The translations under genes and the position numbers were made by a program. From assembly GCA_034667725.1 (NCBI GenBank), contig JAXDQS010000010.1, forward strand, positions 192,001 to 256,000: 64,000 nucleotides of DNA, in the 5' to 3' direction. The notes under the pieces are model-generated. The model did no database searches, was not told the DNA's origin, and was given only the letters and a program-made list of their open reading frames with translations. This document shows, in pieces, positions 31,164-39,165 of this stretch. Every line of letters begins with the position of its first letter. Position 1 is the first letter of the stretch. Origin of the DNA: Thermoplasmata archaeon (GTDB lineage: Archaea > Thermoplasmatota > E2 > JACPAO01 > JAHFTW01).

Positions 31164-32459
31164 TTGGCTGTCAATGACTTGTTTGGCCAGTTGCTCCAGG
31201 TCGAGCCCCTCTTCGTGAACAAGGAGGTCATGCGGGCCTCCTACACGCCCGACGACCTGCCGCACCGGGACACGGAGATCCGCTCGCTCGGCAGCCTGCT
31301 GGTCCCCGCCCTGCGCGGCGAGACCCCGTCGAACGTCTTCATCTACGGCAAGACCGGCACGGGCAAGACCGCCTGCGTCAAGTACGTCGGCAAGGAGCTC
31401 AGCCACAAGGGCGTCGAGCTCGGCAAGCGCGTCAACCTCATCTACATCAACTGCGAGATCGTCGACACCCAGTACCGCGTCCTGCAGAACATCGCCAACG
31501 CCTTCGTCCCCGCAGAGAACTGGAACCACCGCATCCCCTTCACCGGCTGGCCCACGGACGAAGTGTACGAGGCGCTGCGGCGCTACGTCGACGGCTGGAT
31601 GAAGGCCGACGACACCCAATGGGTCCGCGACCCCAGCCGCGTCGGCGGCGAGGTCACCATCATCGTGCTCGACGAGGTGGACAAGCTCAAGGGCGACGAG
31701 GTCCTCTACAACCTCACCCGCATCAACGGCGACCTGGCCCAGAACAAGGTCAGCGTCATCGGCATCTCGAACGACCTCAAGTTCACCGAGTTCCTCGACC
31801 CCCGCGTCAAGTCGTCCCTCGGCGAGGAATCGATGATCTTCGCGCCCTACGACGCCAAGCAGCTCGAGGACATCCTGATGCAGCGCGCCACCATGGCGCT
31901 CAAGCTGAACGTCGTCCAGGACGGCGTCGTGCCCCTGTGCGCCGCCCTGGCCGCCCGCGAGCACGGCGACGCCCGCCGCGCCCTCGACCTCCTCCGCGTC
32001 GCCGCCGAATTGGCCGAGCGCGACCGCGCCCCCAAGGTCACCGACGCCCACGTCCGCATGGCCCAGAACAAGATCGAGCTGGACCGCATCAGCGAGGTCG
32101 TGCGCACCCTGCCCACCCAGAGCAAGCTCGTCCTGCTGGCCACCATCCTCGGCGAGGAGGCCAACCGCGACCAAGGCGTCCACACCCTCACCACCGGCGA
32201 GGTGTTCGACGTCTACAAGGACCTCTGCAAGCACACCGGCAGCGACGTGCTGACCCAGCGCCGCATCACCGACCTCATCAGCGAGCTCGACATGCTCGGC
32301 ATCTTCACGGCCCGCGTCATCTCGAAGGGCCGCTACGGCCGCACCCGCGAGATCCAGATGAGCTGCCCCATCGACAGCACCAAGCGCGTGCTGGAGGAGG
32401 ACGAGCTCATCCGGACGGTCGTGCAGCACAAGCCGAAGAAGCAGCATCGTCTGACTTGA
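31164..32459 (+). CDS. cdc6: Orc1/Cdc6 replication initiator
   Basis: Y.PD.LPHRD, Walker A GKTGTGKT, Walker B LDEVD, LDPRVKSSL, GDARRALDLL and wH domain (ELDMLG...GRYGRTR). TTG start after SD GGAGGT. Confidence 0.97.
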   Translation: MAVNDLFGQLLQVEPLFVNKEVMRASYTPDDLPHRDTEIRSLGSLLVPALRGETPSNVFIYGKTGTGKTACVKYVGKELSHKGVELGKRVNLIYINCEIVDTQYRVLQNIANAFVPAENWNHRIPFTGWPTDEVYEALRRYVDGWMKADDTQWVRDPSRVGGEVTIIVLDEVDKLKGDEVLYNLTRINGDLAQNKVSVIGISNDLKFTEFLDPRVKSSLGEESMIFAPYDAKQLEDILMQRATMALKLNVVQDGVVPLCAALAAREHGDARRALDLLRVAAELAERDRAPKVTDAHVRMAQNKIELDRISEVVRTLPTQSKLVLLATILGEEANRDQGVHTLTTGEVFDVYKDLCKHTGSDVLTQRRITDLISELDMLGIFTARVISKGRYGRTREIQMSCPIDSTKRVLEEDELIRTVVQHKPKKQHRLT

Positions 32460-32556
32460 CCTGGCCGGGGGGCCGCAGGCCTTGCCGCGGGGCGACCCTC
32501 GGGGCGGAGCCCCCGGGTGCAGCACAAGCCGAAGAAGCAGCATCGCATCGTCTGAC
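32421..32556 (+). repeat. Direct repeat of the cdc6 3' end flanking a 61-bp hairpin cassette
   Basis: GTGCAGCACAAGCCGAAGAAGCAGCATCGTCTGAC (32421-32455) vs GTGCAGCACAAGCCGAAGAAGCAGCATCG-CATCG-TCTGAC (32517-32556). The spacer contains GGCCGCAGGCC and GGGGCGGAGCCCC. Confidence 0.92.
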
Positions 32557-32557
32557 G

Positions 32558-32618
32558 CCATCCACCGAGGACACCGAGACCACCGAAGTTCGGTGTCCTC
32601 GGTGCGCTCGGCGGATGG
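32558..32618. repeat. Palindrome of 9-nt CACCGAG units (REP-like / bidirectional terminator)
   Basis: CCA-TCCACCGAG-GACACCGAG-ACCACCGAA-G-TTCGGTGTC-CTCGGTGCG-CTCGGCGGA-TGG. Confidence 0.85.
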
Positions 32619-33137
32619 TCAGTCGTTGCCCCGCATCGCCGGCTTGTGGGCTCCGCCCTGCACCGGCTTCGCCTTCACCGGCGACCCGCACACGATGCAC
32701 TCCTCGCGCTTCGGCATCGTGTCGAACCAGCGGCCGCACCCGATGCAGCGCGGCCGGAAGTCCAGCGTCGCCGCGATGCCTTCGGTGTTGACCGTCTGCG
32801 TGCGCACGCCCAGGCGGCGCGCCACATCGAGGAGCGTGTAGTCGTCCGTGACCAGCGTGCCCGCCAGGTCGACGGCGAGGGCCGCGAGGCTCAGGTCGGC
32901 CGCGGACAGGCGGACCAGGTTGCCGGCCGCGGTGGCGACGTCGCGCACCCGCTCGACGGCCTCGGGTGTTGCGTCGCGGACCTGGAGGCCGGTGGCGATC
33001 CAGTTGTCGTAGCGGCGCGCGTCGCGGCCCCCCGTGGAGATTTCGGCGGCGGCCTCCGGCGTCGTGGCCCAGTTGGCAGAGCGGGGCGGGTCTTTGCCGC
33101 CAAGGAGCAGGCTGGTGTCCAGGACGAGCCAGGGCAC
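32619..33137 (-). CDS. nob1: Nob1-family PIN endonuclease with Zn ribbon
   Basis: VLDTS, LS.AD, TDDY and C..C...C..CG motifs. Confidence 0.88.
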   Translation of the reverse strand: MPWLVLDTSLLLGGKDPPRSANWATTPEAAAEISTGGRDARRYDNWIATGLQVRDATPEAVERVRDVATAAGNLVRLSAADLSLAALAVDLAGTLVTDDYTLLDVARRLGVRTQTVNTEGIAATLDFRPRCIGCGRWFDTMPKREECIVCGSPVKAKPVQGGAHKPAMRGND

Positions 33138-33226
33138 GGCGCGGGATTCAGCCCTCGCGGTGATGAGGCTGCCGGGTCGCGTGCCGCCGCGGCGCCCTTT
33201 TCAACTTCCCTCCGGTCGCCGCGCCC

Positions 33227-34144
33227 ATGGCCAAAGTCGGATTCGTCGGCGCGGGCACCATCGGCGCGAACTCCATCTATGCGACGCTGGCGCTCACCGA
33301 CCGCATCTCCGAGATCGCCGTCGTGGACGTCAACGAGGCCGCCGCCGTCGGCCGGGCCCTCGACCTCAACACCGCGTCGGTCGCCTTCGGCCGCCGCACC
33401 CGAGTCCACGGCGCCACCGATTACGCGATCCTCAAGGGCAGCCAGGTCGTCGTGGTGTCGGCGGGGATGCCCCGCAAGCCCGGCATGACGCGCGCGGACC
33501 TTCTGGGCATCAACATCAAGATCCTCAAGTCGGTGTGCGCCGAGGTCAAGAAGCACGCCCCCGACTGCATCTTCCTCCTGGTCACGAACCCCGTCGACAT
33601 CCTGCTCTACGTCTGCTGGAAGGAGCTCGGCTTCCCCCGCGAGCGCGTCCTCGGCATGACCAGCCTGCACGACTCGGCCCGCCTCACCGACATCGTCCGC
33701 GACGCCACCGGCGATCGCGAGCTGCGCGCCACCATCCTCGGCGAGCACGGCGAGACCATGTTCGTCGCCCCCAGCCTCAGCAGCCCCGAGATCAAGGCCG
33801 CCGACTGGGAGGCGCTGGAGAAGAAGACCCGCGGCCGCGCCATGGAGATCATCGAGCGCGTCGGCGCCACCGCCTACGCCCCCGGCGCCTGCACCGGCCG
33901 CATGGTCAAGGCGTTCATCGAGGACACCCACGAGGAGATTCCCACCGGCGTCATCCTCACCGGCGAGTACGGCCACCGCGATGTTGCCACCGGCGTCCCC
34001 GCCGTCCTGGGCCGCGGCGGCCTGGTGCGCGTTGTCCAGTACGAGCTGCGCCCCGACGAGAAGCAGAAGCTCGAGGTCACGGTCCAGGCGGTCAAGGACA
34101 AGATCGCCGAGGGCATGGCGATGCTGGCGGCGCCTGCGAACTGA
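33227..34144 (+). CDS. mdh: LDH-like malate dehydrogenase
   Basis: GAGTIG, AGMPRKPGMTR.DL, TNPVD, DSAR and GEHG motifs. Confidence 0.92.
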   Translation: MAKVGFVGAGTIGANSIYATLALTDRISEIAVVDVNEAAAVGRALDLNTASVAFGRRTRVHGATDYAILKGSQVVVVSAGMPRKPGMTRADLLGINIKILKSVCAEVKKHAPDCIFLLVTNPVDILLYVCWKELGFPRERVLGMTSLHDSARLTDIVRDATGDRELRATILGEHGETMFVAPSLSSPEIKAADWEALEKKTRGRAMEIIERVGATAYAPGACTGRMVKAFIEDTHEEIPTGVILTGEYGHRDVATGVPAVLGRGGLVRVVQYELRPDEKQKLEVTVQAVKDKIAEGMAMLAAPAN

Positions 34145-34226
34145 GCGGGAAGGGTCGCGCGTCAGCGCGCGCGGCCGCACGCGCAGCCGTGCGCCGCGGC
34201 CGTGATGGTCCCTGGCGCCCGCTCAG
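34141..34226. repeat. Long imperfect hairpin overlapping the mdh stop codon
   Basis: Outer arms CTGAGCGGG / CCCGCTCAG, inner arms GCGGCCGC/GCGGCCGT, and CGCACG/CGTGCG closing a C-GCA-G loop. Confidence 0.6.
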
Positions 34227-34327
34227 CCCGCCCGTCTTCTCGTCAAGATTCGGCCACGGGTTTCTTCATCACTGCGGGCAGGCCCGCCACGCCGGCCCGC
34301 TTTAAGCCGTCGCGCCTTCGGGGGACC

Positions 34328-34801
34328 ATGGACGACATCCCGGTCGTGGCCGTGCGCGACACCAAGGACCTGGCGGCGGCGCGGCAGGCGCTCGAGGACG
34401 CGGACGGCCCGGTGCTGGTGCGCATCCAGCGCGAGGGCTTGGCCGTCGTGAAGGCGCTGGCCGACGACGGCGAGCTGTGGGCGGACGCCAAGGACGTCCA
34501 TGCCGACGAGGCGCTGGACATGGCGGTGGCGGGCGCGTCGCGCATCGTGCTGCACGCCGACTCCGTCGCGCCGGACATGCTGGACGAGATGGGCGACGTC
34601 CTGGGCCCGAGCCTGGCGGTGGTGGCGCGCAAGGCCGACGCCGCGCTGGCCGAGAAGCTCATGGGCTGGGGCGCGGCCTTGATCGTGCAGGAGCGCGGCG
34701 ACGCCGGCGACGTCGAGTGCTACCTCGACCACGGCAGCCGCCTGGAGACGCTGCACGCCGCCGGCGACGGCGACGACGCCGCCGGCGACGCCGAAGAGTG
34801 A
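34328..34801 (+). CDS. Hypothetical protein, possibly a degenerate HisA/HisF-like barrel
   Basis: Acidic ORF. The LWAD...ALD.AVAGA.RIVL segment is reminiscent of HisA-like barrels. Confidence 0.6.
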   Translation: MDDIPVVAVRDTKDLAAARQALEDADGPVLVRIQREGLAVVKALADDGELWADAKDVHADEALDMAVAGASRIVLHADSVAPDMLDEMGDVLGPSLAVVARKADAALAEKLMGWGAALIVQERGDAGDVECYLDHGSRLETLHAAGDGDDAAGDAEE

Positions 34802-34803
34802 GC

Positions 34804-35256
34804 ATGGGCGACCTGGAGACGGCGCTCGCCTTCGTGGCGCGCCGCGCCGGCGCCCGCGCGATGCCGCCGGCGGCGTGGGTCCACCACCTCAGCCTGGAGC
34901 TGGCGTGGATGGCCCCCGCGCAGGCGCGCGCGTTCGTCGAGCGCGCCATGGCCGCCGGCGTGCTGCGGCTGGCTGGCGACGACGCGGAGCTGGCGTTCGA
35001 CCCGCGCGCGGTCGAGGCGCCGCGCGGCTTCCGCCCGAACCCCGACACGGGCGCCGCCCCGCCGGAGGACCCGTTCGTGGCGTGGCTCGGCCGCGTGGGC
35101 GCCGCCACCGGCAAGGACCGGGCCGCCGTGCTGGCCGACGTGGCCGCGCGCCAGCAGGCCATGGGCGGGATGCTGACGGCGTGGGCGGCGCTGCTGTGGG
35201 CGGCGGCGGACGCGGGCCTCGACGTCAGGTCGGCGGCGCAAGCGTCCGCAGGATGA
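34804..35256 (+). CDS. DUF2240 family protein
   Basis: LSL.L.WM.P..A..FV..A...G.L and FDP..V..P.GF.P motifs. Confidence 0.8.
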   Translation: MGDLETALAFVARRAGARAMPPAAWVHHLSLELAWMAPAQARAFVERAMAAGVLRLAGDDAELAFDPRAVEAPRGFRPNPDTGAAPPEDPFVAWLGRVGAATGKDRAAVLADVAARQQAMGGMLTAWAALLWAAADAGLDVRSAAQASAG

Positions 35257-36454
35257 TGGGCACCGCCAGCGCGCCCACCAAGTGGATGCGGCGCACGCCC
35301 CACGCGATTGGCAGCAGGCCGACGAGGGCCGCCGCCACCAGGATGGCCAGCCCGAGCGGCCCGGCCAGCACGCCGACGAGCGCCACCAGCAACGCGAGGG
35401 CGGCGAGCGGCACGCGGCGCGGGTCCCACTGATGGACGCGCGCCGCCACCAGGCGGTCGAGCCCGCGCACCGCGGCCCAGCCGAGCACGGCGGCGGCCAC
35501 GGTCGCGGCCAAGGCGTCGAGCATGGCCGTCGGCGGGCGGCCCGCCGTCCACGGCTGCGCCTGGCCTTGCGCGACGACGGCGAGCGCGATGCCGGTGCGT
35601 GCCTGGCCGGTCGTCCAAAGCAGCCCGAGCGACAGCGCGTGGTGGGCGGCGCCCACGGCCGCCAGCGCGGCGGCGGAGGCGCGCGCGTCGCCGCGTCCGT
35701 AGGCGAGGGTTGCGCCCATGGCTGGGGTGGCGCCCGGCGTCACCGCGGTCCAGAGGGCGGCCGCGCTGCCGCGCAGCGTCGCGGCCCAGCCGGCCAGGAA
35801 GGCGTGCCGGCTCCAGCGGCGCGGCGCCGGCTGCTGCGGCGGCAGCCGCGCCGCGCGCAGGCTGGCCAGCAGGCCGGCGGCGCCGAACAGGCCGGACAGC
35901 AGCGGCAGCAGTGGGCTGGCCGGGATTGGCAGCAGGCCGGCGGGGCGCAGGCCGAGGCAGGCCCAGCCGAGGGCGGCGCTGGCGGCCAGGACGGCGGCGG
36001 CGCGCAGCCGCTGCTGCTCGCGGGCGAGGACCCACGCGAGGGCGGCAAGGACGGTCCAGGGCGCCGCGGCCGCCGCCACGCCGCGCAGGTTGCCGGGCTC
36101 CAGCAGCAGCCACTTCAGCAGCCATCCGAGCGGGACCGCGACCAGGGTCGCCGCCAGCGTGGCGTCGGCGGCCGCGCGCACCGCCTCGCGGCCGCGGCCG
36201 GCGAGCACGAGGCGGTGGGCCGGCAGCGCGCCCAGGTCGTCGTCGGGCACGCCGAGGTAGGTGCCGGGCAGCAGGCTCGCGAACGATTGGGTGGCGGCCA
36301 TCGCGGCGAGGCCCGGGACGAGCGCTTCGTGCGGCGCGAGCGTGGCGGTCGCGACGGCGGCGAGCGTGTTGGCGTGCAGGCCCGGCAGCAGGCCGAGCAG
36401 CCCGGCGGCTGCACCGACGAGGGTGGCGGCCGCCAGGGTCGCAAGGTCGATCAT
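35225..36454 (-). CDS. TctA/DUF112-type membrane permease
   Basis: GLLPGLHAN, P..YLGVPD...LP.HRL...GRG.EA, PLLSGLFG and RTG motifs. Confidence 0.85.
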   Translation of the reverse strand: MIDLATLAAATLVGAAAGLLGLLPGLHANTLAAVATATLAPHEALVPGLAAMAATQSFASLLPGTYLGVPDDDLGALPAHRLVLAGRGREAVRAAADATLAATLVAVPLGWLLKWLLLEPGNLRGVAAAAAPWTVLAALAWVLAREQQRLRAAAVLAASAALGWACLGLRPAGLLPIPASPLLPLLSGLFGAAGLLASLRAARLPPQQPAPRRWSRHAFLAGWAATLRGSAAALWTAVTPGATPAMGATLAYGRGDARASAAALAAVGAAHHALSLGLLWTTGQARTGIALAVVAQGQAQPWTAGRPPTAMLDALAATVAAAVLGWAAVRGLDRLVAARVHQWDPRRVPLAALALLVALVGVLAGPLGLAILVAAALVGLLPIAWGVRRIHLVGALAVPIILRTLAPPT

Positions 36455-36993
36455 GGGACGGGCGCGAAGGTGTGGCAGAGGCAGGCGGGCGCGTAGCGCA
36501 CGAGGCCGGCGCCCCGGAACGGCCCAGCCGGCGCGGCGCCCGCGAGCCGGATGCGGTGGCCTTCCTGGTCGCGCAGCTGGTCGCCTTGCACGACGCCGGC
36601 CAGCACGACGGGCCGGCCGGCCCATGCGTCGGGGTCGGCGGCGAGGGCGTGCCAGCCGGGCTCGGGCAGGGCCGTGGGCGCGGCGGCGTCGACGTCGAGG
36701 GCGTCGGCCCACAGCACCAGGCTGCCGCCGAGGCGGAGGACCCGGCCCGTCGCCGTGGCCTGCGCGCCCACGGGGACCTCGGCGGCGCGCACGGCCAGCT
36801 CGACGCCGTCGCGCGCCAGCCAGACGGTGCCGTCGCGGGCGCGGACGACCGTGCCCGTCACCTGGATGGCGCCTTGGCCTTCGTAAAGCGCCGCGTCGCG
36901 CGGGTGGACCTCCGGCGGCGGGGCGTGGGCTAGCACCGAGAGCGTGCCGGCAAGCAGGAGGCCGAGGGCGGGCAGGAGGCGGGGTCCGAGCAC
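36451..36993 (-). CDS. Membrane-anchored OB-fold protein
   Basis: N-terminal TM and two V.G.V beta motifs. Overlaps the TctA start. Confidence 0.6.
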   Translation of the reverse strand: MLGPRLLPALGLLLAGTLSVLAHAPPPEVHPRDAALYEGQGAIQVTGTVVRARDGTVWLARDGVELAVRAAEVPVGAQATATGRVLRLGGSLVLWADALDVDAAAPTALPEPGWHALAADPDAWAGRPVVLAGVVQGDQLRDQEGHRIRLAGAAPAGPFRGAGLVRYAPACLCHTFAPVP

Positions 36994-37044
36994 GGGCGGG
37001 CAAGGGGCGCGTGCGGGGTTGGCCGGGAACGGACGGGCCTTGGC

Positions 37045-38499
37045 TCAGGCGAGGCGGGCCACGACGGCCGGGATGGCCTCGGCCACGTCGGTGGCAAGCG
37101 CCCCGTCGCCGCGCAAGGCGGCCGCGATCTCCCCGGCGGCCCCGAGGAGGTAGGCCGCTGCTGCTGCCGCCTCGAACGGCTTGGAGCCCACCGCGAGAAG
37201 CTGGGCGGTGATGCCCGCGAGCACGTCGCCCGTGCCGCCGACCGTGAGCGTCGGGTGGCCGCGGCGGCAGAAGCGGGCGCGGGCGCCGTCGGTGACCAGG
37301 TTGGCATGGCCCTTCCCGAGGACGCCCTTGCACATCACCACGACGCCGTGGCGGCGGGCGTAGGCTTGCACGTTCGCTGGTGTCGCCTCCCTCCCGGAAA
37401 GGTCCAGGAACTCGCGGGCGTGGGGGGTCAGCACCATGCGCCGGCCGTGGCTGCGGAACAAGGCGGGCGAGAGGGCGTCGAGGCCGTCGGCGTCCACCAC
37501 GGTCGGCTTGCGGGCCTGGGCGGCGGTGGCGAGCGCGCCGTGGGCGAGCGCGATGCTCTCCGGGTCGTGGCCGAGGCCGGGGCCCAGCAGCAGGGCGGTG
37601 GACTTCGGGAGCAGGCGGCGCAGCGGCTGGAGCGCGGTCGGCGTGAGGTGGCGGCCCGGGTTGCCGTCGTGGACGATGGCGTGCGGGCCCCAGTTGCGCA
37701 TCACGGCGGCGGCGTCGGCGGGGGCCACGCAGTGGACGAGGTCCGCCCCGGTGCGGTAGGCCGCCATCGCACTGTAGTAGGGCGCCCCCACCAACGGGAG
37801 CGAGCCGCCCACCACCAGCACGACGCCGTTGTCGCCCTTGTGCGAGTCGGCGCGGCGCGCGATCCAGCCTTCGTGCAGGTCGCCGACCCCGACGTCCGCG
37901 GCGGCCGGCGGGACGCCGATGTCCGCCACCACGATGCGCCCGGCGTTCGCGGCCGCCATGCCCTCCTTCGGGGCGTGGAACGTCACGGTCGCGTCCGGCC
38001 GGACCGCCATCGCGGTGCCCAGCCCGCTCGGCAGGTCGCAGGCGACCCGGACCGCGTCCTTGCGCGCCTTGAGCCAGCGCAGCATCGACGCGTACGGCCC
38101 GCGCGGCACGCCCTTCAGGCCGGAGCCCAGGAGGCAATCGACGACCGTCGGCGCCGCGGCCCACGCCGGGTCCGGCTTGCCGGCCCAGGTCACGACCGTG
38201 TCCTCCTGCAGGTGCCCGAGGTAGCCGGCGCCCGGCCCCTGGAACGCGGCGCGCGGCTCGGCCAGCACGGCCCAGGCGCGGCGCCCTTGGCGTTGCAGCA
38301 GCGCCGCGGCGGCCAGGCCGTCGCCGCCGTTGTTGCCCTTGCCGCACAACAGCACGATGTCGCCGGGCGGCGCGATGCGCAGCACCTCGGCCGCCAGCGC
38401 CTTGCCGGCCCGCGCCATCAGGTCGGCAACAGGGACGCCAAGCTCCGCCGCGTTGCGGTCCAGGCGCCGCGCCTCTGCCCACGGGATGGCCTTCGGCAC
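37045..38499 (-). CDS. nnr: Bifunctional NAD(P)HX epimerase/dehydratase
   Basis: GKGNNGGDG, DLPSG, DIG.P, SHKGDNG, DADGL, TPH.REF and GGTGDVLAG motifs. Confidence 0.93.
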   Translation of the reverse strand: MPKAIPWAEARRLDRNAAELGVPVADLMARAGKALAAEVLRIAPPGDIVLLCGKGNNGGDGLAAAALLQRQGRRAWAVLAEPRAAFQGPGAGYLGHLQEDTVVTWAGKPDPAWAAAPTVVDCLLGSGLKGVPRGPYASMLRWLKARKDAVRVACDLPSGLGTAMAVRPDATVTFHAPKEGMAAANAGRIVVADIGVPPAAADVGVGDLHEGWIARRADSHKGDNGVVLVVGGSLPLVGAPYYSAMAAYRTGADLVHCVAPADAAAVMRNWGPHAIVHDGNPGRHLTPTALQPLRRLLPKSTALLLGPGLGHDPESIALAHGALATAAQARKPTVVDADGLDALSPALFRSHGRRMVLTPHAREFLDLSGREATPANVQAYARRHGVVVMCKGVLGKGHANLVTDGARARFCRRGHPTLTVGGTGDVLAGITAQLLAVGSKPFEAAAAAAYLLGAAGEIAAALRGDGALATDVAEAIPAVVARLA

Positions 38500-38544
38500 C
38501 CAGCCTGCAAAGGGTCAAGCGCCATTCAAGCTTCGCCCTGGCCG

Positions 38545-38940
38545 ATGATGCCTGGAATGGGCGACACCCGCCAGATGGCCGCCATGATGAAGCGCATGGG
38601 CATCGAGATGCGCGACGTCGAGCAGGTCGAGGAGGTCGTGGTGCGCACCGCCACCAAGGAGTACCGCTTCAAGCGGCCCGAGGTGTCGATCATGAAGGCC
38701 CAAGGCCAGGAGACCTGGCAGATTCAGGGCAAGGCCGTCGCGTCCGACCGGGCCGGCGCCGCCGTGCCCCCGCCCGCCGTGCCTTCCGTGTCCTCCGCTC
38801 CTGCCGCGCCTTACGCCCCCTCGCCCGACGACGTCAAGGTCGTCATGGAGGCAGCCAAGGTCCCCGAGGCGAAGGCCTGCGAGGCGCTCCTGGCCACCGG
38901 CGGCGACCTGGCCGAGGCCATCCTGCGGCTGTCCGCCTAG
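38545..38940 (+). CDS. nac: Nascent polypeptide-associated complex protein
   Basis: MMKRMGI....V..VEEV, P.V..M...GQ...QI.G and UBA-like C-terminus GDLAEAIL.L. Confidence 0.93.
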   Translation: MMPGMGDTRQMAAMMKRMGIEMRDVEQVEEVVVRTATKEYRFKRPEVSIMKAQGQETWQIQGKAVASDRAGAAVPPPAVPSVSSAPAAPYAPSPDDVKVVMEAAKVPEAKACEALLATGGDLAEAILRLSA

Positions 38941-39165
38941 AGACGATTTCAAAATTCCAAGTGGCCTGCGCGCGCCGGTTTGCAAGGAGTGCAAGGAAGG
39001 CCGCAATCCGCCGCAAAGCGGCGCGCCCTTCGGGGCGGTTTGCCGCCCCCCAATACGGCGTCAGGGGGTCCTTGGCGGGCCTCCAGCCCGCCGGCGGACC
39101 CCCTTCCTTGGACTGCGATGGCCGGAAACCGCCGCAGGCCTTCTTGGAATTTTGAAATCATCTCT
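38939..39165. mobile_element. MITE (non-autonomous IS derivative) with 23-bp terminal inverted repeats
   Basis: AGAGACGATTTCAAAATTCCAAG (38939-38961) vs CTTGGAATTTTGAAATCATCTCT (39143-39165), one mismatch. Inserted at a TA/TAG site, with no transposase. Confidence 0.85.
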
